Part shown: positions 46,901 through 59,027 of the stretch, in pieces | Layout: every line of letters begins with the position of its first letter | How positions within the stretch are numbered: the first letter of the stretch is position 1 | Origin: Haplodiscus bocki | Lineage: Eukaryota | Assembly: GCA_965655095.1 (NCBI GenBank) | Contig: OZ296657.1 | Span: 61,628,001 to 61,692,000, forward strand | Direction: 5' to 3' | Length of the DNA: 64,000 bases | The notes under the pieces: model-generated | What the model saw: the letters and a program-made list of their open reading frames with translations, nothing else | Databases searched by the model: none | Told to the model about the DNA's origin: nothing | Position numbers and translations under genes: made by a program

Positions 46901-48417
46901 ACAATGAGGTTGATGCATCTGGTCATTTCGGGCATGCGTGAGTAACCGGGAGGATATTGTTGCAGTTGGTCTCGTTGCTTCGCTGGTTCTGCGGCTTCAG
47001 TGGGAAAGTTGTGGAGTATTGTCTTGATGCAGCCTTGTGAGATGTGCCTGCCCGCTGTTTTGGTGACAATTCTTCTGAATGTTTTTTTCAGCTTCGTGCA
47101 CCATTTTGAAAGGTTTAGTTTTCCCGAAGCGCCTTTCAGTTTCTTCCGTGAAGCCTTTCCAATCTGCTTTTTTGAAGTTGATGAACGTCCTGTGGGGAGT
47201 AGCGATGGTGGTGATATCGCAAGTGAGCCTCAGCGTTATGGGTCTATGGTCAGAACCGAGTGCCGTCTCTGCAGCCCAGTCGATATTCATCGCTAAGTTC
47301 GAGTCAGAAGTTATTGTCATTCGGATCCTTGGATATTCCGGTTTGTCGCCAGCTCTTGTGGTCCATGAAATCTGTACATTCAGTGTTTTTGATTTCAGTT
47401 TTCTTTGTACGAATTTCATCCCCTGTTACGGTATGATTCGTGCCTGCTTCTGCCACCTGCGGCTTATCAGATAATTCACTAGTCAATGATGACGTATTGT
47501 AGTTTCCCCCTAGAAAGTGGATGGATATTTAATTTTCTTCTTTCGCACATACTAAACTTGTAGGTTTACGCGGTTGGGAAATCATCACTCCCCGCATGCC
47601 ATATTCATGACCGGTTCGATTCTTGGACCCAACAGTGTGGTCTGTTATTTCACTGTCTTTGATGATGTATTCCGGGGAGCGTCCTGGTTAACCTGAATTA
47701 AATTCATCCCGATTTAGATCGGTTTCTAAATTACTCCTCCTGAGATCAGTTTCAGGCCAAAATGGGCCGTCAACAGTGTTATAGTTATTCCGTTATATGT
47801 TGTAAACTGCAATAATTTCAGTGCAGAGTTGACACTTCTTTTCAACTCTAGCATCGAAGGTATTTTTCGGCATATAAAATTCTTTACATTATGTCCAAAT
47901 TTTGTCTACTTCTATTGTATCGGGTACTACGTTGTGTCCTGCCTTCATTATTTCTGCGAAAGGCTCCAGGCCCCACCACTCAGATAGTCTTTGTGGTTTC
48001 ATCTTTTTTTTTGTTCCAATCCTCCTTGCGTTGGTTCGGTTCCATGCGTAAGAATTAGTTTGATATCGATATTGTGAATTCTGCTAGGCTGGTGTCAGAA
48101 TGAATAGGGCCATTCGCTGTGTACAGTTTTTTTCCATCCAGTACAGCGTCTTCGAGGTATAGTATTGTTGTTTCTGCGGTAATCATCTTAGTTTCTTTTC
48201 TTCGTTAACTTGAGATCAAATAACAAGTACAGTAAAAAAAACTTACTATCTTGTTGACTGTGCCTTGATAAAAAAGCATATTCAACAGGGTAAAAACTTT
48301 GTTAGTAATCCGCAGCGGTACAAAAGTTCAATTCAAACTGTATACAAAAGCATCAATGAGTAAGTTGATTTTTAAAACTAATATTTGGCCACAAATGTGT
48401 CTTTTCGCCGTTTCACA
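43927..48417 (-). mobile_element. Old, internally deleted LTR retroelement
   Basis: Diverged direct repeats 43927-44095 and 48252-48417, both TG...CA. Purine-rich PPT (GGAGGGGAAAA) precedes the 3' LTR on the minus strand. No TSD visible. Confidence 0.75.
44562..47304 (-). mobile_element. 5'-truncated APE-type non-LTR retrotransposon (I superclade, Ingi/Vingi-like)
   Basis: GSDHRPI (APE end); QHGFRPNRST, LDLKLAFDTV, GVPHGGV and YVDD (RT); CELCKTGPHDTHHLF; (ACA)-type tail; 13-bp TSD CAGAAG(C/T)TATTGT at 44549 and 47305. Confidence 0.88.
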
Positions 48418-48654
48418 GAGGGAAAGTAGAAAAAATTAAAGAGAACGAAATTATAGCCACATCGTTGTCGAATGAACGGCAAATTATGTCCACATTTCAA
48501 AAACTTGTGGAAATGATACAATATCATCGAGATACGCTGTCGTACTAGTTAAAAAGAAACAAGAGACTACAAGGGACTTCTGCCATGTTTAAGAAGTCGC
48601 TCGTGGTCGAAGTTGACCATGCCGAAAAACTTCGGCTGCCGAAAAATTTTGAAA

Positions 48655-49330
48655 GCCGAAAAACTGGCGAAAAAAATTGACAAAAACTGTTTCTTCGGAG
48701 GGCAAATGGAATAATTTTCTACTTTTTTGGGCTGATACTGACCCAATAGTCTGCCAATGCTATCCAATTGATGAAACAACAAGAGTAAACTCATTTCAGA
48801 CTTTGCCGAAACAATCCGGCTTTTTTTTCGTATGAGTTTTAATGAATTTTTTTTGCAAATTTTGGGACATCTTCAGGAACGTTTTATTAAAACGCCTCTA
48901 TTTATGCGCCTAGGAAAGTTATCGGTATAATTCTGTCGTAGACACAAGCGCAAGTACAGGATGAAATGTTTTTCAAAAAGTTAGGCCGACATTTTTTGGT
49001 TGCCGAAAAACTGGCGAAATTGAGAAATTGTTCTTTCAGAGAGCAGTTGGTATATTTTTTCTACTTTGGGGGTTCAAGCTGAAAAACAGTTTACTAATGC
49101 TATCTAATCGAAGAAACATCAACGACTAGTTCATGTTTATTTGATAAGTTGCCGAAAAAGTTCGGCTTTTTTGGCTGTTTTAGCGATTTTTTTCGCTTTC
49201 TTTGCAAATTTCGTGACATCTTCGGAACATGTTTTTAAATGACTATATCTCCCAGCCCATCTGTACGATGGTTTCGTAGATATAGGCGCAGGACAAGGAA
49301 GAATACTTTGCTGAAAGAATTCAACGAAAC
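48655..49330. repeat. Diverged ~345-bp tandem duplication rich in GCCGAAAAA
   Basis: GCCGAAAAACTGGCGAAA at ~48655 and ~49002; AATGCTATC and TTTGCAAATTT..GACATCTTC in both units. Confidence 0.7.
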
Positions 49331-50394
49331 TTTTTGGCCAACATAGTTTTTTTAAACGACACATTTTGAGTATTGTCCATTTTACATACTTAATCTGTAC
49401 TTCTGGAAATAAAAGAACTCTCCCAAAGCTGTGTAGAACCTGGTGTGCCAAGTGAACAAACTGGACATGATTTTCAGCAAAAAAGGTTTACCGAAACTTC
49501 TTCAGAATGATTTCGCAATCAAAGTTTTTCTGCAGAAAATTTTTAAACTTACGTCTAATATCGGTGCTTTAGCACTCAAAAACACTTCTCCAAAAGTGTG
49601 TACAGACTGGTGCACCAAGTACTTATTGTTCGCGCTTCTACTTTCACCATTTTTTGACTTTTGGTTTGTCGGAAATTTTTACACCCAGCAAATATGGTCA
49701 GAAGTCTGATTTTTTTTTGTTTTTTAGCAGCATTTTCCACATCTCCCGGAAAATTTTCCTAGCACGGCTTTATTGCGGAGCCTATTCGATATATTGGTTC
49801 AATGTGTTCGGAGGATCCCCCGCAAGACTTAGCGGTATTTTTTGGCCAAAGAAAATTTCGGCCAACTTGTTTTTTTTCGGCAGAGAAAGCTTGATTGTAG
49901 GTGCATAACATCCGAATTTGGTATTTTTAAGTTGTGTAAGAACTTCCTCTGCATTCTAACTTGCTTCCCTCGCTGCAATAAAATATGATGGTTTCGAAGT
50001 TGAGTGAGAAAGCATTCTGCAAAAGGCCGGGTGTGTGGCTCGAAGCCGTTCGCTAAGATTCCTAGCGCCTATGGTTTTCCCTTAAAACGCCAATCTAACC
50101 AATATTGAAAGCCCAAAAAATATACCACAGGTAGTCAAATGTCTTGTCCTGATGAAAATCCGACGCAAGAAACAAACAGAGTAAAGCGACACGTTGATTT
50201 CGTTTTGACGCCCCAAGGTGAACGAGTTCACTGCATCGATTCAAAACAAAAAATGAAAGCTGTTTTTCCAGAAAATTCTGACCAACAATCATTAACACAT
50301 GAAAAATGGACAATTATAATTTGAGTTCAACGTATAGCTTTTAGATTTCCATGCATTTCGAGAAATGAGACGGAAGAATAAAAACTCGAATTCG

Positions 50395-50870
50395 AAATTA
50401 GGACCGGAGATGCGTTGGACACTTTTAGATATATTACACCGGCTGTCAAACAAGCGATAGTTAGAAAAATTCGAACTGAGACAAACACCTGTCACAGTGT
50501 CTGATACTCGAAAAGGTGATCTGTCAATCATTTCTTTTGACGTTACGCCATTTTCCTGCCCAATGGTTAAGAAGTTCGCACAGTAAAAAAACTGGAAAGT
50601 GAAGAAGTAGCTAACCACACTTTCTCATCTTTAAAAACGTCACTTTGCTGCTTAATGTTCCAAAAGTTTGCACAGCAAACAACGTGAAGATGAACGAGTA
50701 CCTGCCAAAAAGAGGCCGTTTTTGACCGTTAAAACTAAATTACTAGACTCTCTGATGACCTCAAAGAATGCAAATTTTGGACAGATTAAAAAAACTATGC
50801 ACAAACCGGTTTTAATACACGTTCGTCTTTTCAGACAGAATATGAAAAAAAACCCATTGAGCAATATCCT
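50395..50870 (+). repeat. Dispersed repeat family A, copy 4
   Basis: Similarity to the other family A copies. Confidence 0.7.
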
Positions 50871-50910
50871 AGTTTTATGATAACAGACTGAAAATTATCA
50901 TTCCACTAAC

Positions 50911-51075
50911 TTCTTTTGAGAGAAGCGGCTTGTAGAGAAGCAGTGATGATGTCACAGTAGTTGTGTTGTCTCTCCATCATTTTGTCTTTTTTCTTCAACA
51001 GACGCACCAACCGAGACGAGGTTTGGGCTACTCTGTGTTGCAGCTCAGCTATCATCGCTCGCAGCTCCAACACAG
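50911..51075 (-). CDS. TBC1D30: Internal coding exon of a TBC1D30-like Rab-GAP host gene
   Basis: 165-bp phase 1-1 exon bounded by TTTAG and GTTAGT. Encodes ...SSRLVRLLKKKDKMMERQHNYCDIITASLQAASLKR, matching the recalled TBC1D30 coiled coil (CDIVTACLQAVSQKR). Confidence 0.75.
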
Positions 51076-51829
51076 CTAAACATACATTTACACGACCACA
51101 TGAAAACAATCAACACAAGGGTGATAAAACATTCGGATGACACATTGTGAAAAGTTTCAAACATGGCTAAACTAGCAAGTTTCGAGAAAAATTTTGAAAG
51201 CAAAAGTATGCCAGAATTTCACAAAATCACAATGGTTGTTTTGAAAATTTCGTACAATTTCTGCAGATAGACACTGCGTTTTTACAAATGAATTATTCCA
51301 TCTTTCAACATTTTCGTCATTTTAGCTAAAAGTAAAATTTCAAAACTATGTAATCAACAGATGCCCCCTGAGTTGAAAGCCGTAATATGAATTAATTCTC
51401 AAAAATCAAGAGTTATGGAATTTAATCAATAAGTTAATCAATAATCTTAATACACATTAGGGTAAATTATAGAAGCAAGTTGATTTTCTATAAACATGCA
51501 TACGTTTTGAACCTTCCAACTTGAGAGAAATTAACAGTTGGGGAGCATCTTGTGAGCATATAAAACGTAAAAACTAATGAAGCTTAAGGTACTTAAAACA
51601 ACAAGTTCTGATGCAAAAAGAAAAAGCTATCTTAAAAGGGAAGAATACACAGTTTTCGAACTACTGTAACAACAATCCTGGAAGTTCCACAAACCAATTC
51701 AACTCGTTGAAAGGATGGCTGAACAATTTTTGTGGAACTTCATCTATGCGTTGATTTTGCGTTGTTTTGAGCATTGAACTTCTCTCAACACACAGTGAAA
51801 AGTATAGTCTGACAAGAAATCTGTAATTA

Positions 51830-54260
51830 TTTGTGTACCGCGAATGCGCAGTTTTGCTATATATTATATAGCCTTGAATGTCGTCCTCTCGTTCTCTGTC
51901 TAACTGAAATTCGGCTTCTCAAAAACGATAACGACAAAAATCTAGCAGCAGGCTATGAACAAATGGCTAGGAATAGAGATAAATTATCACGTGGAGCTAT
52001 GATACAAGTGCGAGAAAATTGTAATCTAAAAACTTACTCTAGCCCTTTCAAGGAAAGCGTAACCAGTAATGTGAAAGCAAAGGCCTCAAACGTGACGTAC
52101 TACAGAAATTATTCGTTTTTGAAAAACCTCAGGTTTTTGCGCGCTATTTGCAAATTCTAACTATTGAATTATCCGGAGCCCAAAATTGCATTGAAAACAT
52201 TGATGGCATAAACAGTGCATTTTAATGTTTTTTCAAAAATTTTTGTAAGTAACGCACTCCTTTGCTCCCTAAAAGGAATCTTCCAAAAATTCGAAATAAC
52301 CTGAGTGGTTTAACAACCGGGTGAGAAATTTCAATAGCAAGAGAAATAAAATTCAGAGACAATGGAAAGTAACAAATTAGACCTAAATTTGCTGCAAAAA
52401 ATCAACGATAATAGACAGGAGACAGAGAGCGAGATCAAATGGGCAAAAAAACTAGTATCTAACAAAATTCCAGAAACGCTTGGCAGCTTTAAAAACAATA
52501 TTCAAATTGATAGGTGAAATGAATGGTCCGAAAACAGAAGGCGGTCAAACATCGATACTAAATACATGCCAATTGCAGTTTGAAGATCCAACTCAAAAAG
52601 ATATTGCGAACCGGTTCAACGATTAATTCAATAACAACGGAAAAACTGTCACGAAGAAATTACCAGCGATGAAATTTGTTCTGCCTGAATCTGTCGTAGA
52701 CAGTATGTTTCTGTATCAAAAAAGCTGCCCTGAATTTACTTCGATGATTGATTCTCTTGATGAGGAATTCTTCTAGGGATACGATGAAATACATAACGTC
52801 CTTGTAAAGGTGACCAGTAACGTTACCGTGCCGAACATGACTACCGTTATCAATCGGTCTCTCGATGACGGTGTTTTTTCTGATTCTCTCAAAAAAAGTA
52901 AATTGATTCCAATTCATAAGAAGGGGTCGAAGTTAGATGAAGATAACTACCGCCCGATATCAGTACTCATTGCATGATGCAAAATTTCCGAAAGAGTTTA
53001 CATAGACTTCGGAAAATTCATACTTTTCGATGACAAACAGTACGGTTCCAGGAAGAAACATCGCACTGTCGATGCAATTGCTGAAAATACTGAACAAAAG
53101 TGACAAAAAATAGCGAAAATGTAATCAACTTTTTTCTGCACTTAAGAAAAGCTTTTGATAACATCGACCATGCATTACTCCTGAAAAATCTATATTTGTA
53201 CGGACTGCGAAATTACTGCTCAACCTGGTTTAGAAGCTATCTTATGATCGGCAACAACGCGTTCAGTTGAGTAATGATACGTCCGACTCGTTAGATACAA
53301 CTTGTGGTGTTCCTGAGGGATCGATCTTAGGACCACACCCTTCTTGATAATTATAAATGATCTGCCCGAAGTTTCAAAGCACACAGAAATGTTCCTTTTT
53401 TGCTAAGGATACAAATGTTACTGCTCAAAATTAACCAAATGAAAATACAGAAGAGGACCTAATGGCAATCTCGAATTGGTTAACTGCGAAAAAACTATTA
53501 ATGCAAAATTGAAAAAACTTTAAACATGACCATAAGTTCTAGTACTTCAAGTCTTTCGATATATCCTGATGTAATTTGTAACTCAACCATCAGTTGCAAC
53601 CAGCATGCAAGTATTTAGGAATAAATATTGACTGCAAACATTCTTTCCAAACAAATCCAATCTGTGATGGGGAGATTCGGAAAACAAAGGGGTTCGATGA
53701 GCAAACTTCGCCACTATGTTCCCAGGAAGACACTGGTAACTTATTACAAATCAAATAGAAATCCAATCATTCAATATGGTATCCTTATTTATGGCTCCTC
53801 TAGCAAGGGCCAATTGAAACGATAGTATTTCTTCAGAGAAAAATTCTGAAGATGATTTTCTTCAGGTGCAAGCGCAATCACTATGAAGATATTTTTAATT
53901 CGGACAAAATTTTAAAGGCGTTTGAATTGCACGTTCATGCACTTCTCAAATATCTACTACCATCTAGAACCGAAAATCACATCAAAAAAGTGTTTAAACG
54001 ATCCGTTTTGCTACGAAAATTCTCTAAGATCAACTCCGCGGTCAGCTCAAAATGTGCTGAAGGTTCCTGCATCGAAATCAAAACTTATCAACCAGTCGAT
54101 TAAGTATCGAGGGCCAACACTACAAATTACGATGATATCTGCAGCATGTTGCCTGAAAATGTCAATACCTGAAAAATTGAACAAATTCAATTGTACAACC
54201 ATAAGCTCGAATCCAGCTTCATTCTGAATAACAGTGAACTAATCAAATTCTTCACTGGCT
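51830..54260 (+). mobile_element. Decayed CR1/L2-group non-LTR retrotransposon ORF2
   Basis: LCLTE (APE); PIHKKG..NYRPIS; QYGSRKKHRT; LRKAFDNIDH; GVPEGSILGP; KYLGI; PIIQYGILIYG; heavily frameshifted. Confidence 0.85.
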
Positions 54261-56289
54261 AGGAATGTCCTCACCATGAAATTCACCGAAAAAGTGAACA
54301 GTACCTACTACGTAAGTACCCCGATATCGAAAAAAACATCGAAATAGCTCAATTCGCATTTTTAAGAGCTGTACAACATTTCAGGAATTTAAAGTTTTCG
54401 GATTTTTGAAAAAAAAATTCACAAAAGGTGAAAAACTGATACTCGCTCTCAGCCTTCAAAATTCCAACGGTAGGAGCTTCGTGTTGCTCTTCCCAGGCAC
54501 TTGAGACCACAAAAAAGAATCAGAAGAAATTAAGCAAATATAAAAGGTCTGTTACAATTTTCAAAATTATCGGTTTCTTTTAAGTTAAATTTTTTCTTGC
54601 TTTGAAAATTGTTATTGATACCTTCTAGGCCTCACTTGGATTTTGACACGCTATAGCTGGTTGGTAAGCAGATCTGTTGATCTCGTTACCAGTCCTCTCC
54701 GAGTCTCTCCATTAAATATCGAAGTTTAATAATAATTTGATGACATTCGGAGAAACTACTTCTTCCTCAAAAACTAATGAAACTCATCGGATATGGTCGA
54801 AACGAAAGTTTCCTGAACTTCATCTAGTTTGCAATGATGCTTCGTTGAGGAGCTTCGTTTAGAATCACAGCTTCTGACATTTTGATTGCCTTAAACTCTA
54901 ACAATAAGCACATTTTATGTACTGTCCAGATGCCCGTCAACGAATAAATGCACTCGAAAGCTGGTAGCTTCTTTTTTAAACTGTCGAAGAAAATCAACTA
55001 TATCCATTACCCTGAGCCTGCATAAAGACGAGGTATTAAATTGCTTTCGAAAGATTGATTTTCTTCAGTGTAAACATTAGGTAGCTGCTAACTTTTGAGT
55101 CCAACCAGTAGGTGACGGGCACAAAATGTGAACATAGTCAGATTTTTAGGCACCCAAAACGTCAAGAGTTGTGATTTGAAACCAAGCTCCAATATTAATT
55201 CACGCAAACTTATGTTCTTCAAATCGTTGTAATACTAATCCTAGAAGCTTCAAACAAACATCGTAAACTGCGTAAAATTCCATCGTAAACTGCGTAAAAT
55301 TCCATATAACTTTCATTTTGGGCAAAACTTCCGGTTCTTTTTGCATATTTGGCAAAAACTCATTGACACAGATAGAACGGATCAAGTCAATTGTAAAAGC
55401 GATACAATGGGCTCAGAGAAAGCGAGAAGAGAAAGTTAAATCTTCGCAGAAAAAAGGAAGTTATACCAAAATATCGATATGAATCCCAGGAAGACATCTA
55501 TTGCAATTCTGAAACTTGAAATTACTCAATAATATACTTGAAATAATCCGGTGTTACACTTATACCGGGCCTCACAAGCACTACAGCAGTAACCTCTAAA
55601 CCATGAACCTTCGCCGAGCATCGGCTCAGAAGATCACATGACATTTCTCTCGTCTAACCATCGAGTATACGATGATGTCATGCTAATCAAATAACATTTT
55701 CCAAAAAATATCTGCGTTCTCTGAAAATTATAGGGTCATTAGCGTCGCCAACTATTTGAAATTTTGATTATTTAAAGTCCACCAGTATCGAATAACAACC
55801 ATCTCCAATCATGTGGTCATAGTTTAAACAACACTAAATTTTATCAAGTTTTATTAACATTGACAACGTTCAAACACACGATTTTAATTACTTTTGAGGG
55901 TAATGATGTTCCGATGTCAAAGATGCCACTTTTTGTCAGCAAGCCGTGCTCGTTTCTAACTGCGAGTATTTTGAACCTGTTTATTATTTTCTGTCGTAAT
56001 ATATTACGAAAGGAAAATCATTCTATCAGTATCTAAACCAATTTTCTCCGTATTCTGCAACATGTTCACGTTTTTTGATCTTTGCAATGTTCCTCTGGAC
56101 ACGTGCAATGCAGTTTTGACAGCCCCGCCGAAACTGTTTTGATTTCGACTTTTTTCGTTGGAAGTACCAAAAAGTATATTAGATTACAAATTTATCTCAA
56201 AAAGTTTTTCCCCCCAAAAGGTTCCTAAATATACGTACTCTTGATTAGATTTTGAATTTGCTCAACGTTGAAAACCATTTTCCCAAAAA

Positions 56290-56900
56290 TCAGACAGTTC
56301 AATTTTTTCATCAGGGTTTCAGTCGACAGCCTCTTACTTGAGGACTTTTCAAAAAAAATCATCAAGGTTTTTCTTTGCGTCTGATTCCTGACAAGCCGAA
56401 ACTGCCAAAAAGGCTATTGAAAAATCAATACATATATCGGTTTTCAAACTCAGGACGTTTTAAAACTATCAACTTGAAGTTTTTCATCAAGTGTTTAACC
56501 AAGAGCTCTCTACTTGATGAAGGCTATCCAATAGAAAAAAAATCGATCATTAACTTTTCATAGGCATCCTGATAGTGCAAATGCAATATTCACAATCACA
56601 TTCGTCTAAAGATTGGCTCGACCCCTTCCATCAAGGTCTTAATCATCACCATTCCACTTTTGCATGTCTACGGCAACAACAAATATCGATTTTTTATGTG
56701 CCGGAATCTGACACTGGGAAAACGACAAGTGATCGTATTATTCACAAATCTCGACATTCGGAATCCAATTTCTTCACCAATTCCTGCTTCACTGCTGCTG
56801 CAAATGTTTAGATCAACATTTTCGACTGGATGAGGACTTTTCAAAAACTCATCGACTTCAGCCGAGCGTAACGAAAGCGAAGGACAGCTTTATCAGACAC
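56290..56900 (-). repeat. Inverted-orientation relative of array family B
   Basis: Reverse complements such as GTCGACTGAAACCCTGATGAAAAAA and GATTAAGACCTTGATGGAAG match motifs at ~28225 and ~28400. Confidence 0.55.
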
Positions 56901-58244
56901 TCACACTGGAAAAATCAGAGGCAAGTTCTTTTTTTCCACAATCAATTCATATTTAATTTAAAACTCAATATTTCAACACCTTTGACAAAATTTTCTGATT
57001 TCTGCAAAAACGTTACAACAGGACTACAGGCAATCACATAAGACATTTTGGTTGCAGTTCGATCAATTTTCGAGTCCTCTTTGCAAAAGAAATTTGGAAC
57101 TCGAACTAATTTGGGATAACTTGACCAGAGTTGTAAAACTGTTGGTCCTTCTTTTCCGCATGTAAGATTTCATAACTGTCTGCATAGTGCACAAGGTTGG
57201 CAAAGGGCCTCTGCTCTAACACATACTAGATTTCAATGGCGGTCCCACCATTTCCGAAACTGATTAATAGTAGTTGCTGTCATAAAGATATTCCAATAAT
57301 TTTTTTGCGAACGAATATTGAAGACCAAGCTTTTTACAAAATTCTTCGTCGAATTTAAGTCCTTTGTAACGGCAGCAGGTCCCAAAGACCCCAAATTGCC
57401 ATGACATGGAAAAAGGAAACCAATTCACAATCTATAACATTTTCGGTTGCTGACAAAATCTTTCGTTGGTTTTTTCCCCCGAAAGTTTTTTCCAAACGAG
57501 CTTATTTTGGTGTTCCGAAGATAACTGTCAGTTTGATCTCTTTTACCTTTGCACCTAGGTCATAACCCTATTTGAATTTTGTATAATTTTACTGACAATT
57601 TGAAGACTCCCATTTCAAAGATGGTAACTCTTCGTTTCGGTGTTAAAGTGTCTCGAGAGGTTTTCTTTCTGCGAAAAAATTCAAAAACGAGCTTTTTTGA
57701 AACTTGTCAATTCATAGTCCTATATACTGGAAAAAGTTCCAATAATAATCCATATTTGGCACAGGGCTTGCGCAAGACCTTAGGCGAATGTCTTATGATT
57801 GGGCTGCGGTCACAGAAAACAGAAGTTTTCTTGAGTTTTTTTTTAGCGAGAGAAACTAACAGTTCAAGAGAGTCATTTATTTACCAATTGAAAATTTTGT
57901 GAATGTTTAGTCATATATCCTCGAAACAAGGACTAGAAATCACACCGGATTCGCATTTCAACAGCAGAGACACTCCAACGAATCATACTTTTTTAGTTGC
58001 AGTCAGAGTTTTTTGGAAGGTTTTCTCCGGCAAAAAGTAAAATCGATCTATCTTATATACTTTGATTAAAATGTCGAATTCAATATTCATATCATTTCAA
58101 CAATGGTAGCTCCCTTAAAATGCATAACATTTGATTTGGAGCTTTAATTTTTTTTTGATGGTTTCAAATCCGGTTATGGCATCCAAAAAATAAGAAAAGG
58201 TTAATAAAATCATAAAGAAGCGGCACTGCACCTCTCGCAATGTA

Positions 58245-59027
58245 CAGTAGTGTCAAAAATGCATGAAACCTTTATTTGAATTATTATTGGAACGACAAAT
58301 ACTTGCCTAACAGTGAAAAACAACTGAAGATCACAAGTTATGGTCCGAACAAACGGTTCTGAAAATTTTATCAAGTTTACAATAGTGTTTGTTTGAAACG
58401 TCTAAAATGGTTCATATGGAAACTGGGACATACTGTATGTGTATGTTTTAAGATAGGAGGTCGATTTTGCATCGCAACTTTCGATGTTTTAAGTACCTTT
58501 TACCACGTTTTTGTTTACATTTCATTTATTGTCAAGATGCCCCTCACTTACTGATAACACTCATAAGTTAGCAGCTCTCCAGTGTTTACACTATCAGAGA
58601 ACAAAGACATTCTTTGAAAAAAATACCATTTTGAATATTATTACGTTGTAAAATTGTCATGCCTCAAAGAATGTCTATGTTCTTTGATAGTGTAAACACT
58701 GAGAGCTGCTAACTTATGAATGTACTCAGTAGGTGAGGGGCATCTTGACAGTATATGAAATGTAAAGAAAAACGTAGTAGAAGGTACTTAAAACACCGAA
58801 TGTTGCTATGCAAAATCAACCTCCTATCTTAATACATACACATACAAAATCTCCTAATTTCTATAAAAACGATACTAGAAGTTTCACTAACTTGATAAAA
58901 TTTTAAGAAACCTTCTTTTCGACCATAATTTGCGATCTTCAGTTATTTTTTTTTGTATTAGGCAAATATATGTATCGTTCCAATAATAATTCTCAAATAA
59001 AGGTTCAATTACCTTCTGACACTACTG
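58245..59027. mobile_element. Foldback Tc1/mariner-type MITE (783 bp, nearly all inverted repeat)
   Basis: TA|CAGTAGTGTCA ... TGACACTACTG|TA; ~370-bp imperfect arms around a short loop near 58640. Confidence 0.9.
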
